From: Heterodontus francisci
Taxonomy: Eukaryota
Assembly: GCF_036365525.1 (NCBI RefSeq)
Contig: NC_090399.1
Location: 66,892,862-66,956,861, forward strand
DNA length: 64,000 nucleotides
Reading direction: 5' to 3'
Position numbers and translations under genes: made by a program. The notes beneath the pieces are model-generated. The model was given only the letters and a program-made list of their open reading frames with translations, did no database searches and had not been told where the DNA came from. This document shows, one piece after another, positions 12,301-24,714 of the stretch. Each line of letters opens with the position of its first letter. Positions within the stretch are counted from its first letter, which is position 1.

Positions 12301-14230
12301 TATTTACAGGGGCTCTGTGTTGCGTTGGGGTTTATTTCCAGGGACACTGTGTTGTGTTGGGGTTTATTTACAGGGGCTCTGTGTTGTGTTATGTTGGGGT
12401 TTATTTAGAGGGGCTCTGTTTTGTGCTGTGTTGGTCATTATTTACAGGGGCTCTGTGTTGTTTTGGGGTTTATTTACAGGGGCTCTATGTTGTGTTGGGG
12501 TTTATTTACAGGGATTCTGTTGTGATGGGGTTTATTTACAGGGGCTCTGTGTTGTGTTGTTTTGGGGTTTATTTACAGTGGCTCTGTGTTGTGTTGGGGT
12601 TTATTTACAGGGGCACTGTGTTGTGTTGTTTTGGGGTTTATTTAGAGGGGCTCTGTTTTGTGTTGTGTTGGTCATTATTTACAGTGGCTCTGTGTTGTGT
12701 TGGGGTTTATTTACAGGGGCTCTGTGTTGTGTTGGGGTTTATTTACAGGGGCTCTGTGTTGTGTTGTTTTGGGGTTTACTTACAGGGGCTTTGTTTTGTG
12801 TTGTGTTGGGGTTTATTTGCAGGGGCTCTGTGTTGTTTTGGGGTTTATTTACAAAGGCTCTGTGTTGTGTTGGGTTTATTTACAGGGGCTGTGTGTTGTG
12901 TCGGTGTTTATTTACAGGGGCTCTGTGTTGTGTTGTGTTGTGATTTATTTACAGGGGCTCTGTGTTGTGTTGTTATGGGGTTTATTTACAGGGGCTCTGT
13001 TTTGTGTTGTGTTGGGGTTTATTTACAGGGGCTCTGTGTTGTGTTGCGGTTTATTTACAGGGGCTCTGTGTTGTGTTGTTTTGGGGTTTATTTACAGGGG
13101 CTCTGTGTTGTGTTGGGGTTTATTTACAGGGACTCTGTTGTGTTGGGGTTTATTTACAGGGGCTCTCTATTGTGTTGTTTTGGGGTTTATTTACAGGAGC
13201 TCTGTTTTGTGTTGTGTTGGGGTTTATTTACAGGGGCTCTGTGTTGTGTTGTTCTGGGGTTTATTTACAGGGGCTCTGTGTTGCGTTGGGGTTTATTTAC
13301 AGGGACTCTGTTGGGGTTTATTTACACGGGCTCTGTGTTGTTTTCGGGTTTATTTACAGAGACTCTGTGTTGTGTTGGTGTTTATTTACAGGGGCTCTGT
13401 GTTGTGTTGTTTTGGGCTTTATTTACAGGGGCTCTGTTTTGTGTCGTGTTGGGGTTTATTTACAGGGGCTCTGTGTTGTGTTGTTCTGGGGTTTATTTAC
13501 AGGGGCTCTGTGTTGCGTTGGGGTTTATTTACAGGGACTCTGTTGGGGTTTATTTACAGGGGCTCTGTTTTGTGTTGTGGTTTATTCACAGAGACTCTGT
13601 GTTGTGTTGGTGTTTATTTACAGGGGCTCTGTGTTGTGTTGTGTTGGGGTTTATTTACAGGGGCTCTGTGTTGTGTTGCGGTTTATTTACAGGGGCTCTG
13701 TGTTGTGTTGTTTTGGGGTTTATTTACAGGGGCTCTGTGTTGTGTTGGGGTTTATTTACAGGGACTCTGTTGTGTTGGGGTTTATTTACAGGGGCTCTGT
13801 ATTGTGTTGTTTTGGGGTTTATTTACAGGGGCTCTGTTTTGTGTTGTTTCGGGGTTTATTTCCAGGGACTCTGTGTTGTGTTGGGGTTTATTTACAGGGA
13901 CTCTGCTGTTGTGGGGTCTATTTACAGGGGCTCTGTGTTGTGTTGGAGTTTATTTACAGGGGACCTGTGTTGTGTTGGGGTTTATTTACTGCTGATCTGT
14001 GTTGTGTTGTTTTGGGGTTTATTTACAGGGGCTCTGTGATGTGTTGGGGTTTATTTACAGGGACTCTGTTGTGTTGGGGTTTATTTAAAGGGGCTCTGTG
14101 TTGTGTTGTGGTTAATTATCAGGGGCTCTGTGTTGTGTTGTGGTTTATTCACAGAGACTCTGTGTTGTGCTGGTGTTTATTTACAGGGGCTCTGTGTTGT
14201 GTTGTTTTGGGGTTTATTTGCAGGGGCTCA
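9400..14230. repeat. Tandem higher-order repeat, 2 x 2416 bp (~9400-11815 and ~11816-14230)
   Basis: GTTCTGTGG at 9446 and 11862. ORF pairs 10242/12658, 10546/12962, 11687/14103 and ends 9992/12408, 10527/12943, 11623/14039 are all offset by 2416, with near-identical translations. Confidence 0.92.
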
Positions 14231-17200
14231 GTGTTGTGTTGGGGTTTTTTTAACAGGGACTCTGTGTTGTGTTGGGGTTTATTTACAGGGACTCTGTTTT
14301 GTGTTGTGTTGGGGTTTATTCACAGGGGCTCTGTGTTGTGTTGTTTTTTGGTTTATCTACAGGGGCTCTGTGTTGCGTTGGGGTTTATTTACAGGGGCTC
14401 TGTGTTGTATTGTGTTGTGGTTTATTTACAGGGGCTCTGTGTTGTGTTGGGGTTTATTTAAAGGGGCTCTGTGTTGTGTTGTTATGGGGTTTATTTACAG
14501 GGGCTCTCTTTTGTGTTGTGTTGGTCATTATTTACAGGGGCTCTGTGTTGTGTTGGGGTTTATTTACAGGGGCTCTGTGTTGTGTTGTTTTGGGGTTTAT
14601 TTACAGGGGCTCTGTTTTGTGTTGTGTTGGGGTTTATTTACAGGGGCTCTGTGTTGTGTTGCGGTTTATTTACAGGGGCTCTGTGTTGTGTTGGGGTTTA
14701 TTTACAGGGACTCTGTTGTGTTGGGATTTATTTACATGGGCTCTGTGTTGTGTTGTGTTGGGGTTTATTTACAGGGACTCTGTTGTGTTGGGGTTTATTT
14801 ACAGGGGCTCTGTGTTGTGTTGTTTTGGGGTTTATTTACAGGGGCTCTGTTTTGTGTTGTGTTGGGGTTTATTTACAGGGGCTCTGTGTTGTGTTGTTCT
14901 GGGGTTTATTTACAGGGGCTCTGTGTTGCGTTGGGGTTTATTTACAGGGACTCTGTTGTGTTGGGGTTTATTTACAGTGCCTCTGTGTTGTTTTCGGGTT
15001 TATTTACAGGGACTCTGTTGTGTAGGGGTTTATTTCCAGGGGCTCTGTGTTGTGTTGTGTTGGGGTTTATTTACAGGGGCTCTGTGTTGTTTTCGGGTTT
15101 ATTTACAGGGACTCTGTTGTGTTGGGGTTTATTTCCAGGGGCTCTGTGTTGTGTTGTGTTGGGGTTTATTTACAGGGGCTCTGTGTTGTGTTGCGGTTTA
15201 TTTACAGGGACTCTGTGTTGTGTTGGGGTTTATTTACAGGGACTCTGTTGTGTTGGGGTTTATTTACAGGGGCTCTATGTTGTGTTGGGGTTTATTTAAA
15301 GGGATTCTGTTGTGTTGGGGTTTATTTACAGGGGCTCTGTGTTGTGTTGTTTTGGGGTATATTTACAGGGGCTCTGTGTTGTGTTGTGTTGGGGTTTATT
15401 TACAGGGGCTCTGTGTTGTGTTGTTTTGGGGTTTATTTACAGGGGCTCTGTGTTGCGTTGGGGTTTATTTCCAGGGACACTGTGTTGTGTTGGGGTTTAT
15501 TTACAGGGGCTCTGTGTTGTGTTATGTTGGGGTTTATTTAGAGGGGCTCTGTTTTGTGCTGTGTTGGTCATTATTTACAGGGGCTCTGTGTTGTTTTGGG
15601 GTTTATTTACAGGGGCTCTATGTTGTGTTGGGGTTTATTTACAGGGATTCTGTTGTGATGGGGTTTATTTACAGGGGCTCTGTGTTGTGTTGTTTTGGGG
15701 TTTATTTACAGGGGCTCTGTGTTGTGTTGGGGTTTATTTACAGGGGCACTGTGTTGTGTTGTTTTGGGGTTTATTTAGAGGGGCTCTGTTTTGTGTTGTG
15801 TTGGTCATTATTTACAGAGGCTCTGTGTTGTGTTGGGGTTTATTTACAGGGGCTCTGTGTTGTGTTGGGGTTTATTTACAGGGGCTCTGTGTTGTGTTGT
15901 TTTGGGGTTTATTTACAGGGGCTTTGTTTTGTGTTGTGTTGGGGTTTATTTGCAGGGGCTCTGTGTTGTTTTGGGGTTTATTTACAAAGGCTCTGTGTTG
16001 TGTTGGGTTTATTTACAGGGGCTGTGTGTTCTGTCGGTGTTTATTTACAGGGGCTCTGTGTTGTGTTGTGTTGTGGTTTATTTACAGGGGCTCTGTGTTG
16101 TGTTGTTATGGGGTTTATTTACAGGGGCTCTGTTTTGTGTTGTGTTGGGGTTTATTTACAGGGGCTCTGTGTTGTGTTGCGGTTTATTTACAGGGGCTCT
16201 GTGTTGTGTTGTTTTGGGGTTTATTTACAGGGGCTCTGTGTTGTGTTGGGGTTTATTTACAGGGACTCTGTTGTGTTGGGGTTTATTTACAGGGGCTCTC
16301 TATTGTGTTGTTTTGGGGTTTATTTACAGGGGCTCTGTTTTGTGTTGTGTTGGGGTTTATTTACAGGGGCTCTGTGTTGTGTTGTTCTGGGGTTTATTTA
16401 CAGGGGCTCTGTGTTGCGTTGGGGTTTATTTACAGGGACTCTGTTGGGGTTTATTTACAGGGGCTCTGTGTTGTTTTCGGGTTTATTTACAGAGACTCTG
16501 TGTTGTGTTGGTGTTTATTTACAGGGGCTCTGTGTTGTGTTGTTTTGGGGTTTATTTACAGGGGCTCTGTTTTGTGTTGTGTTGGGGTTTATTTACAGGG
16601 GCTCTGTGTTGTGTTGTTCTGGGGTTTATTTACAGGGGCTCTGTGTTGCGTTGGGGTTTATTTACAGGGACTCTGTTGGGGTTTATTTACAGGGGCTCTG
16701 TTTTGTGTTGTGGTTTATTCACAGAGACTCTGTGTTGTGTTGGTGTTTATTTACAGGGGCTCTGTGTTGTGTTGTGTTGGGGTTTATTTACAGGGGCTCT
16801 GTGTTGTGTTGCGGTTTATTTACAGGGGCTCTGTGTTGTGTTGTTTTGGGGTTTATTTACAGGGGCTCTGTGTTGTGTTGGGGTTTATTTACAGGGACTC
16901 TGTTGTGTTGGGGTTTATTTACAGGGGCTCTGTATTGTGTTGTTTTGGGGTTTATTTACAGGGGCTCTGTTTTGTGTTGTTTCGGGGTTTATTTCCAGGG
17001 ACTCTGTGTTGTGTTGGGGTTTATTTACAGGGACTCTGCTGTTGTGGGGTCTATTTACAGGGGCTCTGTGTTGTGTTGGAGTTTATTTACAGGGGACCTG
17101 TGTTGTGTTGGGGTTTATTTACTGCTGATCTGTGTTGTGTTGTTTTGGGGTTTATTTACAGGGGCTCTGTGATGTGTTGGGGTTTATTTACAGGGACTCT

Positions 17201-18215
17201 GTTGTGTTGGGGTTTATTTAAAGGGGCTCTGTGTTGTGTTGTGGTTAATTATCAGGGGCTCTGTGTTGTGTTGTGGTTTATTCACAGAGACTCTGTGTTG
17301 TGCTGGTGTTTATTTACAGGGGCTCTGTGTGGTGTTGTTTTGGGGTTTATTTGCAGGGGCTCTGTGTTGTGTTGGGGTTTTTTTAACAGGGACTCTGTGT
17401 TGTGTTGGGGTTTATTTACAGGGACTCTGTTTTGTGTTGTGTTGGGGTTTATTCACAGGGGCTCTGTGTTGTGTTGTTTTTTGGTTTATCTACAGGGGCT
17501 CTGTGTTGCGTTGGGGTTTATTTACAGGGGCTCTGTGTTGTATTGTGTTGTGGTTTATTTACAGGGGCTCTGTGTTGTGTTGGGGTTTATTTACAGGGGC
17601 TCTGTGTTGTGTTGTTATGGGGTTTATTTACAGGGGCTCTCTTTTGTGTTGTGTTGGTCATTATTTACAGGGGCTCTGTGTTGTGTTGGGGTTTATTTAC
17701 AGGGGCTCTGTGTTGTGTTGTTTTGGGGTTTATTTACAGGGGCTCTGTTTTGTGTTGTGTTGGGGTTTATTTACAGGGGCTCTGTGTTGTGTTGCGGTTT
17801 ATTTACAGGGGCTCTGTGTTGTGTTGGGGTTTATTTACAGGGGCTGTGTTGTGTTGGGGTTTATTTACATGGGCTCTGTGTTGTGTTGTGTTGGGGTTTA
17901 TTTACAGGGACTCTGTTGTGTTGGGGTTTATTTACAGGGGCTCTGTGTTGTGTTGTTTTGGGGTTTATTTACAGGGGCTCTGTTTTGTGTTGTGTTGGGG
18001 TTTATTTACAGGGGCTCTGTGTTGTGTTGTTCTGGGGTTTATTTACAGGGGCTCTGTGTTGCGTTGGGGTTTATTTACAGGGACTCTGTTGTGTTGGGGT
18101 TTATTTACAGGGGCTCTGTGTTGTTTTCGGGTTTATTTACAGGGACTCTGTTGTGTAGGGGTTTATTTCCAGGGGCTCTGTGTTGTGTTGTGTTGGGGTT
18201 TATTTACAGGGGCTC
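11930..18215. repeat. Tandem higher-order repeat, 2 x 3133 bp (~11930-15062 and ~15063-18215), overlapping the 2416-bp pair
   Basis: TTTCGGG at 11958/15091 and GTAGGGG at 15022/18155. ORF pairs 12658/15791, 14103/17236, 14269/17402 and 15047/18180 are all offset by 3133. Confidence 0.92.
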
Positions 18216-18544
18216 TGTGTTGTGTTGCGGTTTATTTACAGGGACTCTGTGTTGTGTTGGGGTTTATTTACAGGGACTCTGTCGTGTTGGGGTTTATTTA
18301 CAGGGGCTCTATGTTGTGTTGGGGTTTATTTACAGGGATTCTGTTGTGTTGGGGTTTATTTACAGGGGCTTTGTGTTGTGTTGTTTTGGGGTATATTTAC
18401 AGGGGCTCTGTGTTGTGTTGTGTTGGGGTATATTTACAGGTGCTCTGTGTTGTGTTGTTTTGGGGTTTATTTACAGGGGCTCTGTGTTGCGTTGGGGTTT
18501 ATTTCCAGGGACACTGTGTTGTGTTGGGGTTTATTTACAGGGGC

Positions 18545-21500
18545 TCTGTGTTGTGTTGTGTTGGGGTTTATTTAGAGGGGCTCTGTTTTGTGTTGTGTTG
18601 GTCATTATTTACAGGGGCTCTGTGTTGTTTTGGGGTTTATTTACAGGGGCTCTATGTTGTGTTGGGGTTTATTTACAGGGATTCTGTTGTGCTGGTGTTT
18701 ATTTACAGGGGCTCTGTGTTTTGTTGTTTTGGGGTACATTTACAGGGGCTCTGTGTTGTGTTGTGTTGGGGTTTATTTACTGGGGCTCTGTGTTGTGTTG
18801 TTTTGGGGTTTATTTACAGGGGCTCTGTGTTGTGTTGGAGTTTATTTACAGGGGCTCTGTGTTGTGTTGGGGTTTATTTACAGGGGCACTGTGTTGTGTT
18901 GTTTTGGGGTTTATTTAGAGGGGCTCTGTTTTGTGTTGTGTTGGTCATTATTTACAGTGGCTCTGTGTTGTGTTGGGGTTTATTTACAGGGGCTCTGTGT
19001 TGTGTTGGGGTTTATTTACAGGGGCTCTGTGTTGTGTTGTTTTGGGGTTTATTTACAGGGTCTTTGTTTTGTGTTGTGTTGGGGTTTAATTACAGGGGCT
19101 CTGTGTTGTTTTGGGGTTTATTTATAAAGGCTCTGTGTTGTGTTGGGTTTATTTACAGGGGCTGTGTGTTGTGTCGGTGTTTATTTACAGGGGCTCTGTG
19201 TTGTGTTGTGTTGTGGTTTATTTACAGGGGCTCTGTGTTGTGTTGGGGTTTATTTACAGGGGCTCTGTGTTGTGTTGTTATGGGGTTTATTTACAGGGGC
19301 TCTGTTTTGTGTTGTGTTGGTCATTATTTACAGGGGCTCTGTGTTGTGTTGGGGTTTATTTATAGGGGCTCTGTGTTGTGTTGTTTTGGGGTTTATTTAC
19401 AGGGGCTCTGTGTTGTGTTGTGTTGGGGTTTATTTACAGGGGCTCTGTGTTGTGTTGCGGTTTATTTACAGGGGCTCTGTGTTGTGTTGTTTTGGGGTTT
19501 ATTTACAGGGGCTCTGTGTTGTGTTGGGGTTTATTTACAGGGACTCTGTTGTGTTGGGGTTTATTTACAGGGGCTCTGTTGTGTTGTTTTGGGGTTTATT
19601 TACAGGGGCTCTGTTTTGTGTTGTGTTGGGGTTTATTTACAGGGGCTCTGTGTTGTGTTGTTCTGGGGTTTATTTACAGGGGCTCTGTGTTGCGTTAGGG
19701 TTTATTTACAGGGACTCTGTTGGGGTTTATTTACAGGGTCTCTGTTGTGTTGGGGTTTATTTCCAGGGGCTCTGTGTTGTGTTGTGTTGGGGTTTATTTA
19801 CAGGGGCTCTGTGTTGTGTTGCGGTTTATTTACAGGGACTCTGTGTTGTGTTGGGGTTTATTTACAGGGACTCTGTTGTGTTGGGGTTTATTTACAGGGG
19901 CTCTATGTTGTGTTGGCGTTTATTTACAGGGATTCTGTTGTGTTGGGGTTTATTTACAGGGGCTCTGTGTTGTGTTGTTTTGGGGTATATTTACAGGGGC
20001 TCTGTGTTGTGTTGTGTTGGGGTTTATTTACAGGGGCTCTGTGTTGTGTTGTTTTGGGGTTTATTTACAGGGGCTCTGTGTTGCGTTGGGGTTTATTTCC
20101 AGGGACACTGTGTTGTGTTGGGGTTTATTTACAGGGGCTCTGTGTTGTGTTGTGTTGGGGTTTATTTAGAGGGGCTCTGTTTTGTGTTGTGTTGGTCATT
20201 ATTTACAGGGGCTCTGTGTTGTTTTGGGGTTTATTTACAGGGGCTCGATGTTGTGTTGGGGTTTATTTACAGGGATTCTGTTGTGCTGGGGTTTATTTAC
20301 AGGGGCTCTGTGTTGTGTTGTTTTGGGGTACATTTGCAGGGGCTCTGTGTTGTGTTGTGTTGGGGTTTATTTACAGGGGCTCTGTGTTGTGTTGTTTTGG
20401 GGTTTATTTACAGGGGCTCTGTGTTGTGTTCGGGTTTATTTACAGGGGCTCTGTGTTGTGTTGGGGTTTATTTACAGGGGCTCTGTGTTGTGTTGTTTTG
20501 GGGTTTATTTACAGTGGCTCTGTGTTGTGTTGGGGTTTATTTACAGGGGCTCTGTGTTGTGTTGGGATTTATTTACAGGGGCTCTGTGTTGTGTTGTTTT
20601 GGGGTTTATTTACAGGTGCTTTGCTTTGTGTTGTGTTGGGGTTTATTTACAGGGGCACTGTGTTGTTTTGGGGTTTATTTACAAAGGCTCTGTGTTGTGT
20701 TGGGTTTATTTACAGGGGCTGTGTGTTGTGTCGGTGTTTATTTACAGGGGCTCTGTGTTGTGTCGGTGTTTATTTACAGGGGCTCTGTGTTGTGTTGGGG
20801 TTTATTTACAGGGGCTCTGTGTTGTCTTGGGGTTTATTTACAAAGGCTCTGTGTTGTGTTGGGTTTATTTACAGGGGCTCTGTGTTGTGTTGTGTTGGGG
20901 TTTATTTAGAGGGGCTCTGTTTTGTGTTGTGTTGGTCATTATTTACAGGGGCTCTGTGTTGTTTTGGGGTTTATTTACAGGGGCTCTATGTTGTGTTGGG
21001 GTTTATTTACAGGGATTCTGTTGTGCTGGTGTTTATTTACAGGGGCTCTGTGTTTTGTTGTTTTGGGGTACATTTACAGGGGCTCTGTGTTGTGTTGTGT
21101 TGGGGTTTATTTACTGGGGCTCTGTGTTGTGTTGTTTTGGGGTTTATTTACAGGGGCTCTGTGTTGTGTTGGAGTTTATTTACAGGGGCTCTGTGTTGTG
21201 TTGGGGTTTATTTACAGGGGCTCTGTGTTGTGTTGTTATGGGGTTTATTTACAGGGGCTCTGTTTTGTGTTGTGTTGGTCATTATTTACAGGGGCTCTTT
21301 GTTGTGTTGGGGTTTATTTATAGGGGCTCTGTGTTGTGTTGTTTTGGGGTTTATTTACAGGGGCTCTGTGTTGTGTTGTGTTGGGGTTTATTTACAGGGG
21401 CTCTGTGTTGTGTTGCGGTTTATTTACAGGGGCTCTGTGTTGTGTTGTTTTGGGGTTTATTTACAGGGGCTCTGTGTTGTGTTGGGGTTTATTTACAGGG

Positions 21501-24150
21501 ACTCTGTTGTGTTGGGGTTTATTTACAGGGGCTCTGTTGTGTTGATTTGGGGTTTATTTACAGGGGCTCTGTTTTGTGTTGTGTTGGGGTTTATTTACAG
21601 GGGCTCTGTGTTGTGTTGTTCTGGGGTTTATTTACAGGGGCTCTGTGTTGAGTTGGGGTTTATTTACAGGGACTCTGTTGGGGTTTATTTACAGGGGCTC
21701 TGTGTTGTTTTCGGGTTTATTTACAGGGTCTCTGTTGTGTTGGGGTTTATTTCCAGGGGCTCTGTGTTGTGTTGTGTTGGGGTTTATTTACAGGGGCTCT
21801 GTGTTGTTTTGGGGTTTATTTACAAAGGCTCTGTGTTGTGTTGGGTTTATTTACAGGGGCTGTGTGTTGTGTCGGTGTTTATTTACAGGGGCTCTGTGTT
21901 GTGTCGGTGTTTATTTACAGGGGCTCTGTGTTGTGTTGGGGTTTATTTACAGGGGCTCTGTGTTGTCTTGGGGTTTATTTACAAAGGCTCTGTGTTGTGT
22001 TGGGTTTATTTACAGGGGCTCTGTGTTGTGTTGTGTTGGGGTTTATTTAGAGGGGCTCTGTTTTGTGTTGTGTTGGTCATTATTTACAGGGGCTCTGTGT
22101 TGTTTTGGGGTTTATTTACAGGGGCTCTATGTTGTGTTGGGGTTTATTTACAGGGATTCTGTTGTGCTGGTGTTTATTTACAGGGGCTCTGTGTTTTGTT
22201 GTTTTGGGGTACATTTACAGGGGCTCTGTGTTGTGTTGTGTTGGGGTTTATTTACTGGGGCTCTGTGTTGTGTTGTTTTGGGGTTTATTTACAGGGGCTC
22301 TGTGTTGTGTTGGGGTTTATTTACAGGGGCTCTGTGTTGTGTTGGGGTTTATTTACAGGGGCACTGTGTTGTGTTGTTTTGGGGTTTATGTAGAGGGGCT
22401 CTGTTTTGTGTTGTGTTGGTCATTATTTACAGTGGCTCTGTGTTGTGTTGGGGTTTATTTACAGGGGCTCTGTGTTGTGTTGGGGTTTATTTACAGGGGC
22501 TCTGTGTTGTGTTGTTTTGGGGTTTATTTACAGGGTCTTTGTTTTGTGTTGTGTTGGGGTTTAATTACAGGGGCTCTGTGTTGTTTTGGGGTTTATTTAT
22601 AAAGGCTCTGTGTTGTGTTGGGTTTATTTACAGGGGCTGTGTGTTGTGTCGGTGTTTATTTACAGGGGCTCTGTGTTGTGTTGTGTTGTGGTATATTTAC
22701 AGGGGCTCTGTGTTGTGTTGGGGTTTATTTACAGGGGCTCTGTGTTGTGTTGTTATGGGGTTTATTTACAGGGGCTCTGTTTTGTGTTGTGTTGGTCATT
22801 ATTTACAGGGGCTCTTTGTTGTGTTGGGGTTTATTTATAGGGGCTCTGTGTTGTGTTGTTTTGGGGTTTATTTACAGGGGCTCTGTGTTGTGTTGTGTTG
22901 GGGTTTATTTACAGGGGCTCTGTGTTGTGTTGCGGTTTATTTACAGGGGCTCTGTGTTGTGTTGTTTTGGGGTTTATTTACAGGGGCTCTGTGTTGTGTT
23001 GGGGTTTATTTACAGGGACTCTGTTGTGTTGGGGTTTATTTACAGGGGCTCTGTTGTGTTGATTTGGGGTTTATTTACAGGGGCTCTGTTTTGTGTTGTG
23101 TTGGGGTTTATTTACAGGGGCTCTGTGTTGTGTTGTTCTGGGGTTTATTTACAGGGGCTCTGTGTTGAGTTGGGGTTTATTTACAGGGACTCTGTTGGGG
23201 TTTATTTACAGGGGCTCTGTGTTGTTTTCGGGTTTATTTACAGGGTCTCTGTTGTGTTGGGGTTTATTTCCAGGGGCTCTGTGTTGTGTTGTGTTGGGGT
23301 TTATTTACAGGGGCTCTGTGTTGTGTTGCGGTTTATTTACAGGGACTCTGTGTTGTGTTGGGGTTTATTTACAGGGACTCTGTTGTGTTGGGGTTTATTT
23401 ACAGGGGCTCTATGTTGTGTTGGCGTTTATTTACAGGGATTCTGTTGTGTTGGGGTTTATTTACAGGGGCTCTGTGTTGTGTTGTTTTGGGGTATATTTA
23501 CAGGGGCTCTGTGTTGTGTTGTGTTGGGGTTTATTTACAGGGGCTCTGTGTTGTGTTGTTTTGGGGTTTATTTACAGGGGCTCTGTGTTGCGTTGGGGTT
23601 TATTTCCAGGGACACTGTGTTGTGTTGGGGTTTATTTACAGGGGCTCTGTGTTGTGTTGTGTTGGGGTTTATTTAGAGGGGCTCTGTTTTGTGTTGTGTT
23701 GGTCATTATTTACAGGGGCTCTGTGTTGTTTTGGGGTTTATTTACAGGGGCTCGATGTTGTGTTGGGGTTTATTTACAGGGATTCTGTTGTGCTGGGGTT
23801 TATTTACAGGGGCTCTGTGTTGTGTTGTTTTGGGGTACATTTGCAGGGGCTCTGTGTTGTGTTGTGTTGGGGTTTATTTACAGGGGCTCTGTGTTGTGTT
23901 GTTTTGGGGTTTATTTACAGGGGCTCTGTGTTGTGTTCGGGTTTATTTACAGGGGCTCTGTGTTGTGTTGGGGTTTATTTACAGGGGCTCTGTGTTGTGT
24001 TGTTTTGGGGTTTATTTACAGTGGCTCTGTGTTGTGTTGGGGTTTATTTACAGGGGCTCTGTGTTGTGTTGGGATTTATTTACAGGGGCTCTGTGTTGTG
24101 TTGTTTTGGGGTTTATTTACAGGTGCTTTGCTTTGTGTTGTGTTGGGGTT
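18545..24150. repeat. Higher-order duplication, offset 3475 bp then 3507 bp (+1 monomer), with internal 1141- and 1517-bp sub-duplications
   Basis: ORF pairs 18588/22063, 19111/22586, 19140/22615, 19378/22853 (3475); 20182/23689 (3507); 20922/22063 (1141); 21336/22853, 21576/23093 (1517). Confidence 0.85.
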
Positions 24151-24714
24151 TATTTACAGGGGCTGTGTGTTGTGTCGGTGTTTATTTACAGGGGCTCTGT
24201 GTTGTGTTGGTGTTTATTTACAGGGGCTCTGTGTTGTGTTGGGGTTTATTTACAGGGGCTCTGTGTTGTCTTGGGGTTTATTTACAAAGGCTCTGTGTTG
24301 TGTTGGGTTTATTTACAGGGGCTATGTGTTGTGTTGGGGTTATTTACAGGGGCTCTGTGTTGTTTTGGGGTTTATTTACAGGGGCTTTGTGTTGTGTTGG
24401 TGTTTATTTACAGGGGCTCTGTGTTGTTTTGGGGTTTATTTACAGGGGCTTTGTGTTGTGTTGGAGTTTATTTACAGGGACTCTGTGTTGTGTTGTGTTG
24501 GGGTTTATTTACAGGGGCTCTGAGTTGTGTTGGGGTTTATTTACAGGGACTCTGTTGCGTTGCGGTTTATTTACAGGGGCTTTGTGTTGTATTGTTTTGA
24601 GGTTTATTTACAGGGGCTCGGTGTTGTGTTGTGTTGGAGTTTATTTACAGGGACTGTGTGTTGTGTTGGGGTTTATTTACAGGGACTCTGTTGTGATGGG
24701 GTTTATTTACAGGG

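Noticed and set aside
9400-14230. Large near-identical duplications as pure assembly artefacts
   Set aside because: Copies carry private substitutions and monomer indels and nest in a consistent order, which favours real duplications. Read-level confirmation is still needed.
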